This document shows, in pieces, positions 26,681 through 38,100 of a DNA stretch of 42,776 nt; the first letter of the stretch is position 1; each line of letters starts with the position of its first letter. The position numbers were made by a program, and so were the translations under genes. The stretch comes from Bacteroidia bacterium (lineage in GTDB: Bacteria > Bacteroidota > Bacteroidia > UKL13-3), in assembly GCA_022402405.1 (NCBI GenBank), contig JAKRSG010000046.1, forward strand, positions 1 to 42,776, written 5' to 3'. The notes under the pieces are model-generated. The model searched no databases, was not told the DNA's origin, and saw only the letters and a list, made by a program, of their open reading frames with translations.

Positions 26681-27481
26681 TTATATTATCTGTAGGTTGA
26701 AACCCATGAAATGCAATACCAATATCACTAAGCCAACAATAATTCTATACCAACCAAATACCTTAAATCCATTTTTTGTAAGAAAACTAATAAAGCTTTT
26801 AATGGCAATCATAGCCACAATAAACGCTACTATGTTTCCAATAATTAAAACGGTAATATTAGAAGAAGCCTCTGGCGAGCTAAATCCTCCGTCTAAATAG
26901 AACTTTAACATCTTGTATGCAGTGGCAGCAAACATCGTTGGAACAGCTAAGAAAAAAGAAAATTCAGCTGCATTTTTACGGTTCAACTTTTGGCTCAAAC
27001 CGCCAATAATTGTAGCTGCCGAGCGAGATACACCCGGAATCATGGCTAGTACTTGAAAGAACCCAATGCTCAATGCTTTTTTGTAGTTTATATCCTCTGA
27101 TTCTTGCTCATTTTTGGCGAACCAATTATCCACAAACAACAAAATAATTCCTCCTAATAACAAGGAAACAGCCACTACAATAATGTTTTCTAACATGGCG
27201 TCTATAAAGTCGTTGAAAAGGAAACCGAGCACTGCTGCCGGTATAAAGGCAACTATTAACTTATAATAAAAATCTAAGGATTGAAGAAATCTCTTCCAAT
27301 ACAAAACAATTACGGATAAAATAGCTCCAAATTGAATGGCTACCGTAAACATTTTAACAAAATCACTGCTTGCAATACCCATAATAGAGGAAGCTATAAT
27401 CATGTGCCCAGTTGAAGAAACTGGAAGATACTCTGTAATACCTTCTACAATAGCAAGTACAACAGCCTGAAAAATATCCAT
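26681..27481 (-). CDS. uppP: Undecaprenyl-diphosphate phosphatase
   Basis: [14 protein letters not shown] and [10 protein letters not shown] motifs with 8 TM helices. I chose the ATG at 27481, 1 nt after the upstream stop. The track ORF extends a further 12 codons upstream. Confidence 0.9.
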   Translation of the reverse strand: MDIFQAVVLAIVEGITEYLPVSSTGHMIIASSIMGIASSDFVKMFTVAIQFGAILSVIVLYWKRFLQSLDFYYKLIVAFIPAAVLGFLFNDFIDAMLENIIVVAVSLLLGGIILLFVDNWFAKNEQESEDINYKKALSIGFFQVLAMIPGVSRSAATIIGGLSQKLNRKNAAEFSFFLAVPTMFAATAYKMLKFYLDGGFSSPEASSNITVLIIGNIVAFIVAMIAIKSFISFLTKNGFKVFGWYRIIVGLVILVLHFMGFNLQII

Positions 27482-27482
27482 A

Positions 27483-27716
27483 TTATTTTGATTTGCGCAT
27501 GATGGCAAAAATGCCAACTACAAAACCTACTAGAACCACAATAGGTGCTAGAGTTAATTTTCTAAAATCAAAAATATCCTCTGAACCAACCATTAGTGCA
27601 AAACCAATGAAAACAATGGCAACAGATGCAATCATTAACAGGTAATTTTCTTTTGAAAATACAAAATTCTTAGTTGTTTGTACTTCTTTTTTTGCGCTCA
27701 ATCTATCTTTACTCAT
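27483..27716 (-). CDS. Small two-TM membrane protein (DUF3098-like)
   Basis: 77 aa from the ATG at 27716 (the track start is a TTG). It has two hydrophobic helices and occupies the conserved position between ftsX and uppP. Confidence 0.55.
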   Translation of the reverse strand: MSKDRLSAKKEVQTTKNFVFSKENYLLMIASVAIVFIGFALMVGSEDIFDFRKLTLAPIVVLVGFVVGIFAIMRKSK

Positions 27717-27769
27717 GCCTGCAATATTCAAATAATCTTTTAAAATTAAAAATATTTAATCAATCTGCT

Positions 27770-28633
27770 TTAATACAAATCTTCTAGCTTTTTATATAAG
27801 TACTTTCTGGTGGTAAAAAAACTACTACTTATGCTTATTAGTAGTCCAAGTATTAACAAACCCACATACAATAACATCAATGAATCTGTTCTATTAAAGC
27901 CTGCCCATTCCGGAAAAAACTGTGGTAAAAACTGGTTTAAGTTTACCAATAAAATAAGGGCTATTATCCAACCCCATATTCCGTTTTTTATTCCTTGCCA
28001 AACAAAAGGCCTTATAATAAACCAAGGCTTGGCCCCTACCAATTGCATACTTTTTATGATAAATCGTTGTGCATATAGGTTTAATCTAACCGTGTTATAT
28101 ATTAAAACCACAGCTATGATTCCGAAGATAGACGCTAAAATAACAAATATTAATGCTATATTTTTCACGTTCTTTTGAGCCATTTCAAAAGCATTTCTGT
28201 GATAACTAACCTCACTTACTTTCTCTTTAGTTTTAAGCATTTGCTCAATTTTCATTAGATTTTCAGGGGTATTATAGGCTTGGTTCAGCCTAATTTGAAA
28301 AGATGCCATTAGCGGGTTGAACCCAAGAAAATTTACAAAATCTTGCCCAAGTTCGTTGCTAAATTCTGAAGCAGCTTGTTCTTTGGAAACATATTGAATA
28401 CTCTTTAAAAATGGCTCGTTGGCAATAGAACTTCTTACAGCTTCAATTTCTTCTGGCATAGCATCTGAATGAAAAAACACCTGCAAAACCATGTTTTCTT
28501 TTAGGTAGGTTTCTATGTTCTGACTGGCAATAACAAGAAAGCCAAACAAGCCTAACATTAACAATACCATTGAAATGCTAACCACTGAAAAAGCATAGCT
28601 AAACTTTTTCTTTCTTTTTATATTGGTGCTCAA
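27770..28633 (-). CDS. ftsX: Cell-division permease-like protein FtsX
   Basis: One N-terminal TM helix, an extracytoplasmic domain, then three C-terminal TM helices (FtsX fold). Apparent TTG start. Confidence 0.75.
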   Translation of the reverse strand: MSTNIKRKKKFSYAFSVVSISMVLLMLGLFGFLVIASQNIETYLKENMVLQVFFHSDAMPEEIEAVRSSIANEPFLKSIQYVSKEQAASEFSNELGQDFVNFLGFNPLMASFQIRLNQAYNTPENLMKIEQMLKTKEKVSEVSYHRNAFEMAQKNVKNIALIFVILASIFGIIAVVLIYNTVRLNLYAQRFIIKSMQLVGAKPWFIIRPFVWQGIKNGIWGWIIALILLVNLNQFLPQFFPEWAGFNRTDSLMLLYVGLLILGLLISISSSFFTTRKYLYKKLEDLY

Positions 28634-28653
28634 AATAGTTTAAATTTAAAGTA

Positions 28654-28661
28654 CAAATTTA
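28654..28661 (-). promoter_or_regulatory. Candidate -7 box TAAATTTG for the ftsX operon
   Basis: The reverse complement of caaattta matches TAnnTTTG, 21 nt upstream of the ftsX start. Confidence 0.35.
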
Positions 28662-28701
28662 TAAAGGAAATCACCGCTTGCAACATAATTTAAACCACAA
28701 C

Positions 28702-28733
28702 TTTGGAAAAGCATGGCAAGCCGTCTATTTTTG
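28702..28733 (+). promoter_or_regulatory. Candidate leuS promoter: -33 TTTG, 20-nt spacer, -7 TATTTTTG
   Basis: TTTG at 28702-28705 and TATTTTTG at 28726-28733, about 68 nt upstream of the leuS ATG. Confidence 0.5.
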
Positions 28734-28800
28734 CAGACTTTTAAAAATAGAGTATCCTACAAATATTGCTTTTATTTGTTGGCAGAACCTGAATTAAATT

Positions 28801-31698
28801 ATGAGAGACTATAAACACAAAGAAATTGAAGCCAAGTGGCAGAATTATTGGCAAAAAAATAAAATATATAAAGTTCAAGAAGATCCTTCCAAACCAAAAT
28901 ATTATGTATTGGACATGTTTCCGTACCCAAGTGGCGCCGGACTTCATGTTGGTCACCCATTAGGTTATATTGCCAGCGATATTTACAGTAGATTTAAACG
29001 TTTAAAAGGGTATAACGTTTTACATTCGATGGGATACGATGCCTTTGGTTTACCTGCAGAGCAATATGCCATTCAAACAGGTCAGCACCCTGCTATTACT
29101 ACAGCCAAAAATATAGAAAGATACCGCGAGCAGCTAGATAAAATTGGCTTTAGCTACGATTGGGATCGACAAGTAAAAACCTCTGATCCTTCATATTATA
29201 AATGGACACAGTGGATTTTTTTAAAGTTGTTTAATAGTTGGTATAATCCAATTAGCAATAAAGCCGAACCTATCGAATCTCTTATTCATTTGTTTGAAAA
29301 TGAAGGTTTCAAAGGGGTTGATGATAGTATATTAACGGGAGGCATTGAATTTGATTTCCCATCGTTTACCGCTCAACAATGGCAAGAATTTTCGGAGGAA
29401 ATAAAACAAAAGATATTACTTGGATTTAGATTAGCATACCTAAGTGAGGCTTATGTAAATTGGTGTCCTGCCATGGGAACAGTGCTTAGCAACGACGAGG
29501 TAAAAGATGGAGTAAGTGAGCGCGGTGGATTTCCGGTTGAACGCAAAAAGATGAATCAATGGAGCTTACGTATAACAGCTTATGCCGAAAGATTACTTCA
29601 AGATTTAGAAACTATTGATTGGACACCTAGTTTAAAAGAATCCCAAAGAAACTGGATAGGCAAATCGCAAGGAGCTAGTTTGCATTTTAAAGTGCAAGAC
29701 CAGCTTTTTGATATTGAAGTTTTTACCACTAGACCAGATACGCTATTTGGGGTAAGCTTCTTAGCCATCGCTCCAGAGCATGAAATGTTGAAAGAAATTA
29801 TTACTCCTGAGAGATTAGACGAAGTAATGAGCTATGTGGAAGCCGCCAAAAACAGAAGCGAACGTGATAGGCAATCTGATATTAAACGTATCAGCGGAGA
29901 GTTTACTGGAGCTTATGCTGTGCATCCTTTTACCGGAAATGAAATTCCAATTTGGGTAGCAGATTATGTTCTTGGAGGATACGGAACAGGTGCCGTTATG
30001 GGTGTTCCGGCTCACGATGCTCGCGACTTTGGTTTTGCCAAACATTTTAATTTACCTATCCTTCAAGTGATAGAAGGTACTACCAAACATAATTACAACG
30101 AATCGGCATTTGAAGCCAAAGAAGGAAATTGCATAAACTCCGGCTTCTTAAATGGATTAGGTGTTAAAAAAGCTATCAAAAGAGCTATTCAAGAGATTGA
30201 AGAACGCGGATTTGGTAAAGGTAAAACCAATTTTAGATTGAGAGATGCGATTTTTGGTCGCCAACGTTATTGGGGTGAACCTATTCCTATTTATTACAAA
30301 AATGGTATTCCTTATCCTGTAGAAGAACAAGATCTTCCAATTATTTTACCAGAAATTGAAACCTTCTTACCAACAGAATCAGGCGAACCTCCGCTAGGCA
30401 GAGCTAAAGATTGGAAATATAAAGGAGAGTATGATTTTGAATTATCTACTATGCCTGGTTGGGCCGGAAGTAGCTGGTATTTCCTTAGGTATATGGATGC
30501 TAATAATACCAATGGCATTGCCAGCCAAGATGCATTAAACTACTGGAAACAGGTAGATTTATATTTAGGTGGTAGTGAACATGCAACCGGACATTTACTC
30601 TATGTTAGATTCTGGACAAAGTTCTTATATGACTTAGGATTAATCCCAGAAAATGAACCAGCCAAAAAGCTTATCAATCAAGGGATGATTCAGGGTAGAA
30701 GTAATTTTGTTTTTAGAGTAGATTGTTACAGAAGTGAAGAAAAAGTATTGAGCTTTTTTGTTTCTAAATCATACTTAGATGAATCGGAAAAAATAAAAAA
30801 TATACCTCAAGTTTTTGAACAGTTTAACGCGCAAAATAATCAACAAAGTGGATTCGATTACAGTAAAATAAATGTTGTAAAGCTAAATGTAGATGTAAAC
30901 ATTGTTGAGAATGACGTGCTGGATATAAATGCATTTAGAAATTGGAGAGACGATTTTAAAGATGCCATGTTTGTGTTAGAAGATAACAAATATGTATGCT
31001 CTTGGGAAATCGAGAAAATGTCGAAATCTAAGTGGAATGTGGTAACTCCTGATTTTATAATCGACCAATATGGTGCAGATACACTGCGTTTGTATGAAAT
31101 GTTCCTGGGGCCTCTAGAACAAAGTAAACCTTGGAATACTCAAGGTATTGAAGGGGTTCATAGGTTTTTAAAGAAACTATGGCGATTATTCTTTGATGCT
31201 AATGGGGAAGTAAATTTAGATAAGAATGAACCTAGTAAAGAGGCGTTAAAATCTTTGCATAAAGCCATTAAAAAGGCACAAGAGGATATTGAAAACTTCT
31301 CCTTTAATACTAGTGTAAGTACTTTCATGATTTGTGTAAATGAACTAACCGAAATTAAATGCAATAATTATCAAATCTTAAAAGACTTTGTTATTATCTT
31401 ATCTCCATACGCTCCTCATATTTGTGAGGAACTATGGGAGGTTTTGGGAGAAAAAGAAAGTATTTGTTTGGCACAGTTCCCTCAGTTTAATCCTGAGTAT
31501 CTAGTAGAATCTAGCTTTAATTACCCAGTTTCTATCAATGGTAAACACCGTACCAATATTGAGTTTAACCTCGATGCTACTCAAGAATATATTGATGAAA
31601 CCGTTCTTAAAAACGAAATTATCCTTAAATGGTTGGAAGGAAAAGCTCCTAAAAAAATCATTTTAGTGAAAGGCAAAATCATAAATATTGTTGCCTAA
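28801..31698 (+). CDS. leuS: Leucyl-tRNA synthetase
   Basis: HVGHPLGY (HIGH), the CP1 editing domain, and KMSKSKWN (KMSKS). A roughly 100-aa insertion lies ahead of KMSKS, giving the 965-aa length. Confidence 0.97.
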   Translation: MRDYKHKEIEAKWQNYWQKNKIYKVQEDPSKPKYYVLDMFPYPSGAGLHVGHPLGYIASDIYSRFKRLKGYNVLHSMGYDAFGLPAEQYAIQTGQHPAITTAKNIERYREQLDKIGFSYDWDRQVKTSDPSYYKWTQWIFLKLFNSWYNPISNKAEPIESLIHLFENEGFKGVDDSILTGGIEFDFPSFTAQQWQEFSEEIKQKILLGFRLAYLSEAYVNWCPAMGTVLSNDEVKDGVSERGGFPVERKKMNQWSLRITAYAERLLQDLETIDWTPSLKESQRNWIGKSQGASLHFKVQDQLFDIEVFTTRPDTLFGVSFLAIAPEHEMLKEIITPERLDEVMSYVEAAKNRSERDRQSDIKRISGEFTGAYAVHPFTGNEIPIWVADYVLGGYGTGAVMGVPAHDARDFGFAKHFNLPILQVIEGTTKHNYNESAFEAKEGNCINSGFLNGLGVKKAIKRAIQEIEERGFGKGKTNFRLRDAIFGRQRYWGEPIPIYYKNGIPYPVEEQDLPIILPEIETFLPTESGEPPLGRAKDWKYKGEYDFELSTMPGWAGSSWYFLRYMDANNTNGIASQDALNYWKQVDLYLGGSEHATGHLLYVRFWTKFLYDLGLIPENEPAKKLINQGMIQGRSNFVFRVDCYRSEEKVLSFFVSKSYLDESEKIKNIPQVFEQFNAQNNQQSGFDYSKINVVKLNVDVNIVENDVLDINAFRNWRDDFKDAMFVLEDNKYVCSWEIEKMSKSKWNVVTPDFIIDQYGADTLRLYEMFLGPLEQSKPWNTQGIEGVHRFLKKLWRLFFDANGEVNLDKNEPSKEALKSLHKAIKKAQEDIENFSFNTSVSTFMICVNELTEIKCNNYQILKDFVIILSPYAPHICEELWEVLGEKESICLAQFPQFNPEYLVESSFNYPVSINGKHRTNIEFNLDATQEYIDETVLKNEIILKWLEGKAPKKIILVKGKIINIVA

Positions 31699-31702
31699 TA
31701 CT

Positions 31703-31742
31703 AAATGGAGGCAAGATTAAAATAAATATCTTGCCTCCATTT
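31703..31742. terminator. 15-bp perfect hairpin shared by convergent leuS and the barrel gene
   Basis: aaatggaggcaagat (31703-31717) pairs with atcttgcctccattt (31728-31742) across a 10-nt loop. The right arm is the last 8 codons of the minus-strand gene. Confidence 0.6.
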
Positions 31743-34700
31743 TCCCTGTATGTATAATCGGAATCTCTCCCGATTTTCTACCTTCATAATTGAAGTTAAT
31801 CTGCAAATTTTGTCCAATCCTCTGTTGCCATTGAAAGCTCAGGATTTGATTATTACCTTTGCTTAAGCCCTGCAACATATCATACGCTAAAGGCGAATTT
31901 AAATTGCCATTAAACTCAACCTGGAATAAACTGTATTTGGCAGTTACAACCCCTATTTTAGGAAACGAATAACGTAGTTCAACTCCTCCTTGTTGTAACT
32001 TGCTTTGTTCGCCTCCAAGTTCTGGAATGTTAAATGATTCAATATAATTATAATCCAAACTTACTCGCCATATTTGCTGAAATTGATAGCTAATTTTGGG
32101 CTTATATTCATTAAAATTATACCTAAAATCGTTTGAGCTAAAAAACTCCGAACTCGTTCTTTTCTGACCAAAAATATAATTACCAGTTAAAGTCCAATTG
32201 GCATTCCAAGAATACCTTGCTCCAAAATTGTAATCCATCTTATCTCTCGATTCATATCCATTGGTTTGAAATGCCTTAGAACGCTGATTTGAATAGGTAA
32301 AGTCAAATCCATATTTTGGATCGTTTCTATTAAAAAACAAGGTGTTTCTTACTAAAGATGATAAGCTTACTATACTTGTATCTAACCAATTCCAATTAAT
32401 CAAAGGATTAAACTCTTTAGTACTTAATTTGCGTTCTAATCTGAGTGCTGCCTGATTACTAAATTTATTCACAAATCCTTTAAAACCAGAGTACCGTTTA
32501 GCACTAAATCCGTTAATCGTAAAAGTCTGACTAAACTGTGTACTTTGAATGCTAATTAAACTCGTTGTTGGCAAAAAAACTTTAATATAGTTGGCTAAAT
32601 TCCTATCTGCAAAGGATGCTATTTGAAATTCATTTAATTGCTTTAAACCATCGCCGTTAAAGTCTTTCCAAACGTAAAATCCCTGACCAATTGGAACCTC
32701 TACATATTGAAAATCTCTTCTTAACTCGTTTCCAGAACCTAGCTGTAAATAGGTATTGGCAGTAATTAATCTTTTAAAAAATGAATAATCATAGGTAATA
32801 CGTGCCAACAAAATTCTCTCAGGCTTCACCCCTGCTTTTGAACTATCTAATAACTGAAAATCTCTAAATGAAAAATCAATATTTAGTTTATTAAAATTCT
32901 TCTGAAACACATTCAACCCAAGCTTTAATTCTTTGGCCAAGCTTTGATCCTCAAATCTATCTGCCATTGGCAATTGATCGTAACGTACATTAGCCTCTGC
33001 ATAGTAACTTATATGCGAACTATCTTTACTTCTAAACAATAATGAATATTTTTGAAACGCATAACTTCCACTCAATAAAGTATCGTTACCTCTTTTAAAA
33101 TTACTTTCTTCGGTTTGCCAAGTTAAACCAATTAATAGCCATTTAACATCCCTAGTATAGGTGCTCTGCAAATTCCTTACTTCGGTTTGAACCGATGTAT
33201 TTAAAAGCAATTCAGCTCGTTTACCTGTTAACCATTCCACTTGTGTTTGCAATCTATTCTTTTCATTTTTCACATCCACTTGCAAGTTTTGGTTCAGCCC
33301 GGAAAAGGAATTTGTGTTTTTATTATAATATGAAAATTGATAGTTTATAAATCCATTTTTAGGACTAACGTAACCTAATTTCCATTGTAAAATATGTTCT
33401 TTATTGCCAGTATCAGAAGCAGATTCGTTGGATAATTGTCGGTTCCAAATTCTATTAAACTCCACATTTCTATAGCGCTCAACATATCTAAAACGTTGGC
33501 TGGTAAACTCATAATTTACAAATGATTGTATCTTAGAACCTTTATTTCCTACTACTAATTCATTGGTAGAACCAAGTAAAACAGCATAACCTGCATCGTC
33601 TTTTTTATCTAGCTCGCTAAATAAATTTTTATCAAGGCTACTGCGAGAGAATTCTACTTTTAGTTCTTGTCCTTTTTGCCAATTATAAACCGTACCAAGG
33701 TTTAACATTTGCATTCTATTAGGTGCTACCAATTGAATAATGGGTTCAAAATCTCCTTGCGGCACTCCGTTAATTGGTTCAACCCAAATAAATACACGCC
33801 CGTTTGCCGCGCTGGCCCCTTGTTTATAATTACCACTATTAGCCCCCACAAACGAAAATCTAAGCTCATAAAAAACAGAATCTTCGCCTTTATTGGGGGC
33901 ATGCACATAAACACCGTTATACCCTAAGGTATCTATTTTTCTGTATAAAGTTGATTGAGTGTTAAAGTCATTAACCTTCACTTCACTAAGAATTCGTGCA
34001 TTAGAAAGTTGGTCGCCCACAGAAGCCAATAACAATTTATTACTATCGCTTAACACCTGTTGAAACGACTGATTTTTATTATCCTGCTCGGTAAAATAAT
34101 TCAGGTAAACCTTTGCATTTTTCGACTCCCATTGGGTATTAAAACCCAATACCGTTCGGGCATAATTTCTATCCGAATATTGAAATTCAACGATAATTCT
34201 AGAGAATTGGGTTATGAGCTTTTTAGGCATAAAAACTATCTCACCTGTATTATAATCAATGGTATAATCATTCTGCTCTCCTCTTGTTAACTTTTGCCCA
34301 TCCAAATACACAGCTTCCGTTCCTGATATAATAATAATAAACAACTCTCCATTGGCGCCTTGTAGTCGGTACGGACCTTGATTTCCCTCCTGCCCTTGAA
34401 TTACATTTCTGGCAAACCTACCTCTCGATAATGCAGCTTCGCCGTTTACTCTTAGTAGTTGTTTTTTATTCAAAGCTATCTCATTATAACTGGCCAATCC
34501 ACGCGATTTTTTATAATAATTCAAGAAATAGCTAGGCTCTGGTTTTAACATTAAATAATCGCCCACAATCAACTTATGATTTAGCTTAGAAAACTGAATA
34601 AATACTCTATCAAAATCTTGCAGCTCTTGGGTATTTCCCTCCGGTTGTATCGGATTATTCTCGTCGCTAATAGCGGCTAAAACATCAATTTCATTATTTA

Positions 34701-35193
34701 ATTTTCCAGCCAACTGTAGGTTTAAATTTGCATTAACAATCGCATTCTGCGTATTGCCAATGCTTAATCCACGCATAATACTACCGCTCGTTTGTAAGCC
34801 CTCATTGCCAGCAATAGGATTAAATGCAGTGGTTCCAGCGGGTAACCTATATGGGTTTACTGTTTCCATAAATTCTGGCTGAACCAACCCTAATTCTTTC
34901 CGCTTTTGTTTGGATGGAAGGGTGTATCTAAAGGGTAAATATTCTATACTTAAAAGTGTTTGTTTGGGGATGTTTAGGTTAATAAATGTACCCTTATAAT
35001 AGTCAATTTTATAATCTACTCCCTCTTGGTAATGTAAAACCTTAACACTCCCCTTAACCACAATAAATGTATCTAAAACAAAGGTATCTGCTTCTAATAA
35101 AACTTGTTTAAATTGAGGCCTTCCAGAACTTACTTGTTGAGCTCCGAGCCTTAAGAAAACCAAACATATTACCCATGTAAAAATCCATTTCAT
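31717..35193 (-). CDS. Large (1158 aa) predicted outer-membrane beta-barrel protein (putative porin-like), function unknown
   Basis: Signal peptide (MKWIFTWVICLVFLRLGAQQ). Alternating beta-strand pattern rich in Y/F/N/G/S throughout. C-terminal aromatic ending ...ARYLF. The ATG overlaps the kinase stop (ATGA). Confidence 0.6.
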   Translation of the reverse strand: MKWIFTWVICLVFLRLGAQQVSSGRPQFKQVLLEADTFVLDTFIVVKGSVKVLHYQEGVDYKIDYYKGTFINLNIPKQTLLSIEYLPFRYTLPSKQKRKELGLVQPEFMETVNPYRLPAGTTAFNPIAGNEGLQTSGSIMRGLSIGNTQNAIVNANLNLQLAGKLNNEIDVLAAISDENNPIQPEGNTQELQDFDRVFIQFSKLNHKLIVGDYLMLKPEPSYFLNYYKKSRGLASYNEIALNKKQLLRVNGEAALSRGRFARNVIQGQEGNQGPYRLQGANGELFIIIISGTEAVYLDGQKLTRGEQNDYTIDYNTGEIVFMPKKLITQFSRIIVEFQYSDRNYARTVLGFNTQWESKNAKVYLNYFTEQDNKNQSFQQVLSDSNKLLLASVGDQLSNARILSEVKVNDFNTQSTLYRKIDTLGYNGVYVHAPNKGEDSVFYELRFSFVGANSGNYKQGASAANGRVFIWVEPINGVPQGDFEPIIQLVAPNRMQMLNLGTVYNWQKGQELKVEFSRSSLDKNLFSELDKKDDAGYAVLLGSTNELVVGNKGSKIQSFVNYEFTSQRFRYVERYRNVEFNRIWNRQLSNESASDTGNKEHILQWKLGYVSPKNGFINYQFSYYNKNTNSFSGLNQNLQVDVKNEKNRLQTQVEWLTGKRAELLLNTSVQTEVRNLQSTYTRDVKWLLIGLTWQTEESNFKRGNDTLLSGSYAFQKYSLLFRSKDSSHISYYAEANVRYDQLPMADRFEDQSLAKELKLGLNVFQKNFNKLNIDFSFRDFQLLDSSKAGVKPERILLARITYDYSFFKRLITANTYLQLGSGNELRRDFQYVEVPIGQGFYVWKDFNGDGLKQLNEFQIASFADRNLANYIKVFLPTTSLISIQSTQFSQTFTINGFSAKRYSGFKGFVNKFSNQAALRLERKLSTKEFNPLINWNWLDTSIVSLSSLVRNTLFFNRNDPKYGFDFTYSNQRSKAFQTNGYESRDKMDYNFGARYSWNANWTLTGNYIFGQKRTSSEFFSSNDFRYNFNEYKPKISYQFQQIWRVSLDYNYIESFNIPELGGEQSKLQQGGVELRYSFPKIGVVTAKYSLFQVEFNGNLNSPLAYDMLQGLSKGNNQILSFQWQQRIGQNLQINFNYEGRKSGEIPIIHTGKMEARYLF

Positions 35194-38100
35194 TCAGATT
35201 CTCTTAACGGAATTCGAACTCTAAAACGTGTCCCCTCTCCTAATTTACTTTCAAAGCCAATATCACCACCACCGCTCTCAATCATAGCTTTTACAATAGG
35301 TAAACCCAATCCCATACCAATAACTTTTGTACTAAAATAGGGCATAAAAATCTTAGATTTTTGTTCGTCAGATATTCCAGTACCATTGTCCAATACTTCC
35401 AAAAATAAATAATTATCTGCTTTGTAAACCTCTATCATTACTTTGCCTTTTTTATCTTCTGGTATAGCCTGACAAGCATTTTTAATAAGATTGGTGAGTG
35501 TTCTATTTAAATAACCTAAGTCGAACCACAATTGAGTATCCTCTTCACATGTATAATTTATCTCTCCATCAAAATTTTCTCTTTGTAAATAAACAAGCTC
35601 TTCTAATAAATTATTTACGTGAATCCATTCATATTGTGGAGCAGGCATTTTGGCAAAACTACTAAATTCAGTAGCCAAATTACTTAGCGTATCTATCTGT
35701 GTAATGAGGGTTCTGGTTACTCGCTGAAAGGTTTCTGGCAATTTAGGTGATTGATCTTTCCATGCTCGTTCTAGATGCTGCACGCTTAATTTCATAGGAG
35801 TTAGCGGATTTTTTATCTCATGTGCAATCTGTCGGGCAATATCTCTCCACGCACCTTCGCGTTCGCTTATAGCCAGTTTTTCTGCACTCTCAGCAAGTTG
35901 GTCAATCATCAAATTATATTGCTGAACCAAACCTCCTATTTCGTCGTTGCGCGACCATTGAATAGGTTCATTCTGTTTACCAAAAATTGTTTTGGCCATC
36001 TGTTGTTGGATCAGCATAAGTGGATAAGAAATATTACGCGAAACCAACCATGCAATTATTCCAATAACCATAAACAGCAAAGCATAAAGATTAATAAAAC
36101 CCACGATTATACTAGATATCTCAGAGTTTAAATCGATGTTTTGATAAAAATTAGGAAGTTGAACATACCCTAATAGCATTCGATTTTTGCCAAATACTGG
36201 CACATAAGCTCCTGTATACTGAAAGGTTGCTATTCTTTCTTGCTGTACATATTGTGATTCACGTAAATTATGTAAATGGTAATAAGCTTGTGCATCCATC
36301 AATGGTGCAACAATCCCCTCGGTATATACTTTTTTAATAGTAGAACTCAACATTTCTCCATGCGAGTTAAAGAAAGTTATATCTGTATTGTAAAAATCTG
36401 CAATCTGATTGATACTAGCTTCGGCATCACTTTGGCGTTTGTTAAAGTTTATTTCCTGACTTTCATTCTCAATAGCACTAACTACACTGCGCAATTTTTT
36501 AACTAACTTTTCTTCCTGTCTAATGGCATTTTGTTTACTAATAAAGCTAATGGTAAAATAGGCTGTACTTCCTAAAGTTAAAAATACTATTAGCAATATC
36601 CCCAGTTGAATTCGAGTCCTAATTAGCGATAATTCAGTTTCTTTTAGGGTTATAAATGAGTTTAATTTATGCTGTATAAAAAGATAATACGGATGATTTT
36701 TAATATAGCTTAGTCCAAGCCACCTGTTATTAAAAAAAGTATAAATGGCAATCACTATCAAAAATAAAAACGACAATAAAGTAAAGCTCAACGAAAACAA
36801 TCCTAATGGTTCATACCATGCCGCTTCTTTCCTACTTACCACTACATATAATTGGTCGTTTTCTTTAAACAATAAATGACTGTATCCATTTTCCTCAAAA
36901 ATACCACTCTTCCCATTTATATCATTGAAAGTAAAAGTGGTTCTATAAGCATATTCACCACTCTGACTCAACAATCTCATATCACGGTATAAAGCAAAAG
37001 AATAGGATCGGTGACGGTTATAATGGTTTCTAAACCCATCAATTAATAATTCATCAAATCTGGTCTCGTCTTGAACCAATTTAGGTTGCAAGTGAATAAA
37101 TATATAACCAGCTATTCCATTCTCATTTCGAACAATAAATCTTCCTAAATAACCTTTTAAATAGGCGTTATTCTTGAGAAATCTAAAGTATTGATTAATG
37201 GTAGTGCTACCTAAATTTTGATAAATATAATTTACCTGATTATAATGATAAATATTTCGTGTTTGATAATGAGACTTATTAGCATTGTAATCGTAAACGG
37301 TAATATCGTATTTGCCCAGATAGCCCGAGAAATATAGCTGTCGTAGTTTTTTTACCATTTGAGATTTAAATGCAATAGGATTAGAAAAGTAATTTTTTAG
37401 AATCTTCTCTGATTCTATTTTCTTTTCAATATCTTCTAAAAAATATTCAGCATTAACATCATTTTGACTAACCAATTTAGCCGCATATAGAAACCTATTT
37501 TCCTCTTCTTCGATAGTACTATAATGATATAAGGTAACAGAGGTAATCACGCTCAATAACATTATAAATACAAAATACCTCTGAAACCTCTTTAAATAGT
37601 TAACTGCAAAGTTTTCGTATAGGATAAAACTGAATAATAAAATGCTACTAGAAAAGGTATATGAACTATTTCGCTCAAATAAGTATTGAACCAAAAATGG
37701 GTGAAGAAAGAAAAAAACCAAACCCACTACAAAGAACTTTTCATAAAAAGAAAGGCTTGCTAATCGCAAGAAAACATACCATTTCTCAAACATTTTGTAA
37801 CATAAAAAAAGCAGTAAAAATGCTAATAGAATTCCTAAAAAGGTAAATCCATTAATACTGTATATATTTTTTACATCAAACGATATCTGAGAGTCAAAAA
37901 CTAAACTCTTAATGCTGTCAAATGCTGCATCTGCCAAAACCATCGATAGCCAAGTAAGAAATATAAACTTTAACAAGAGTATGGGCTTCGTGCTTTCTAC
38001 CCCAATACTTTCTTTTCTAATTAAATTAAAGTACCAGAGTAATAACAATACTGAAATCAAAAAATCTCCCAATGAAGGATGATAAATGGAAGATGCATAA

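Noticed and set aside
28741-28956. 71-aa minus-strand ORF overlapping the leuS start and promoter region
   Set aside because: It overlaps the well-supported leuS N-terminus (HIGH region) in antisense. It has no motif, and it crosses the candidate leuS transcription start region just downstream of the promoter.
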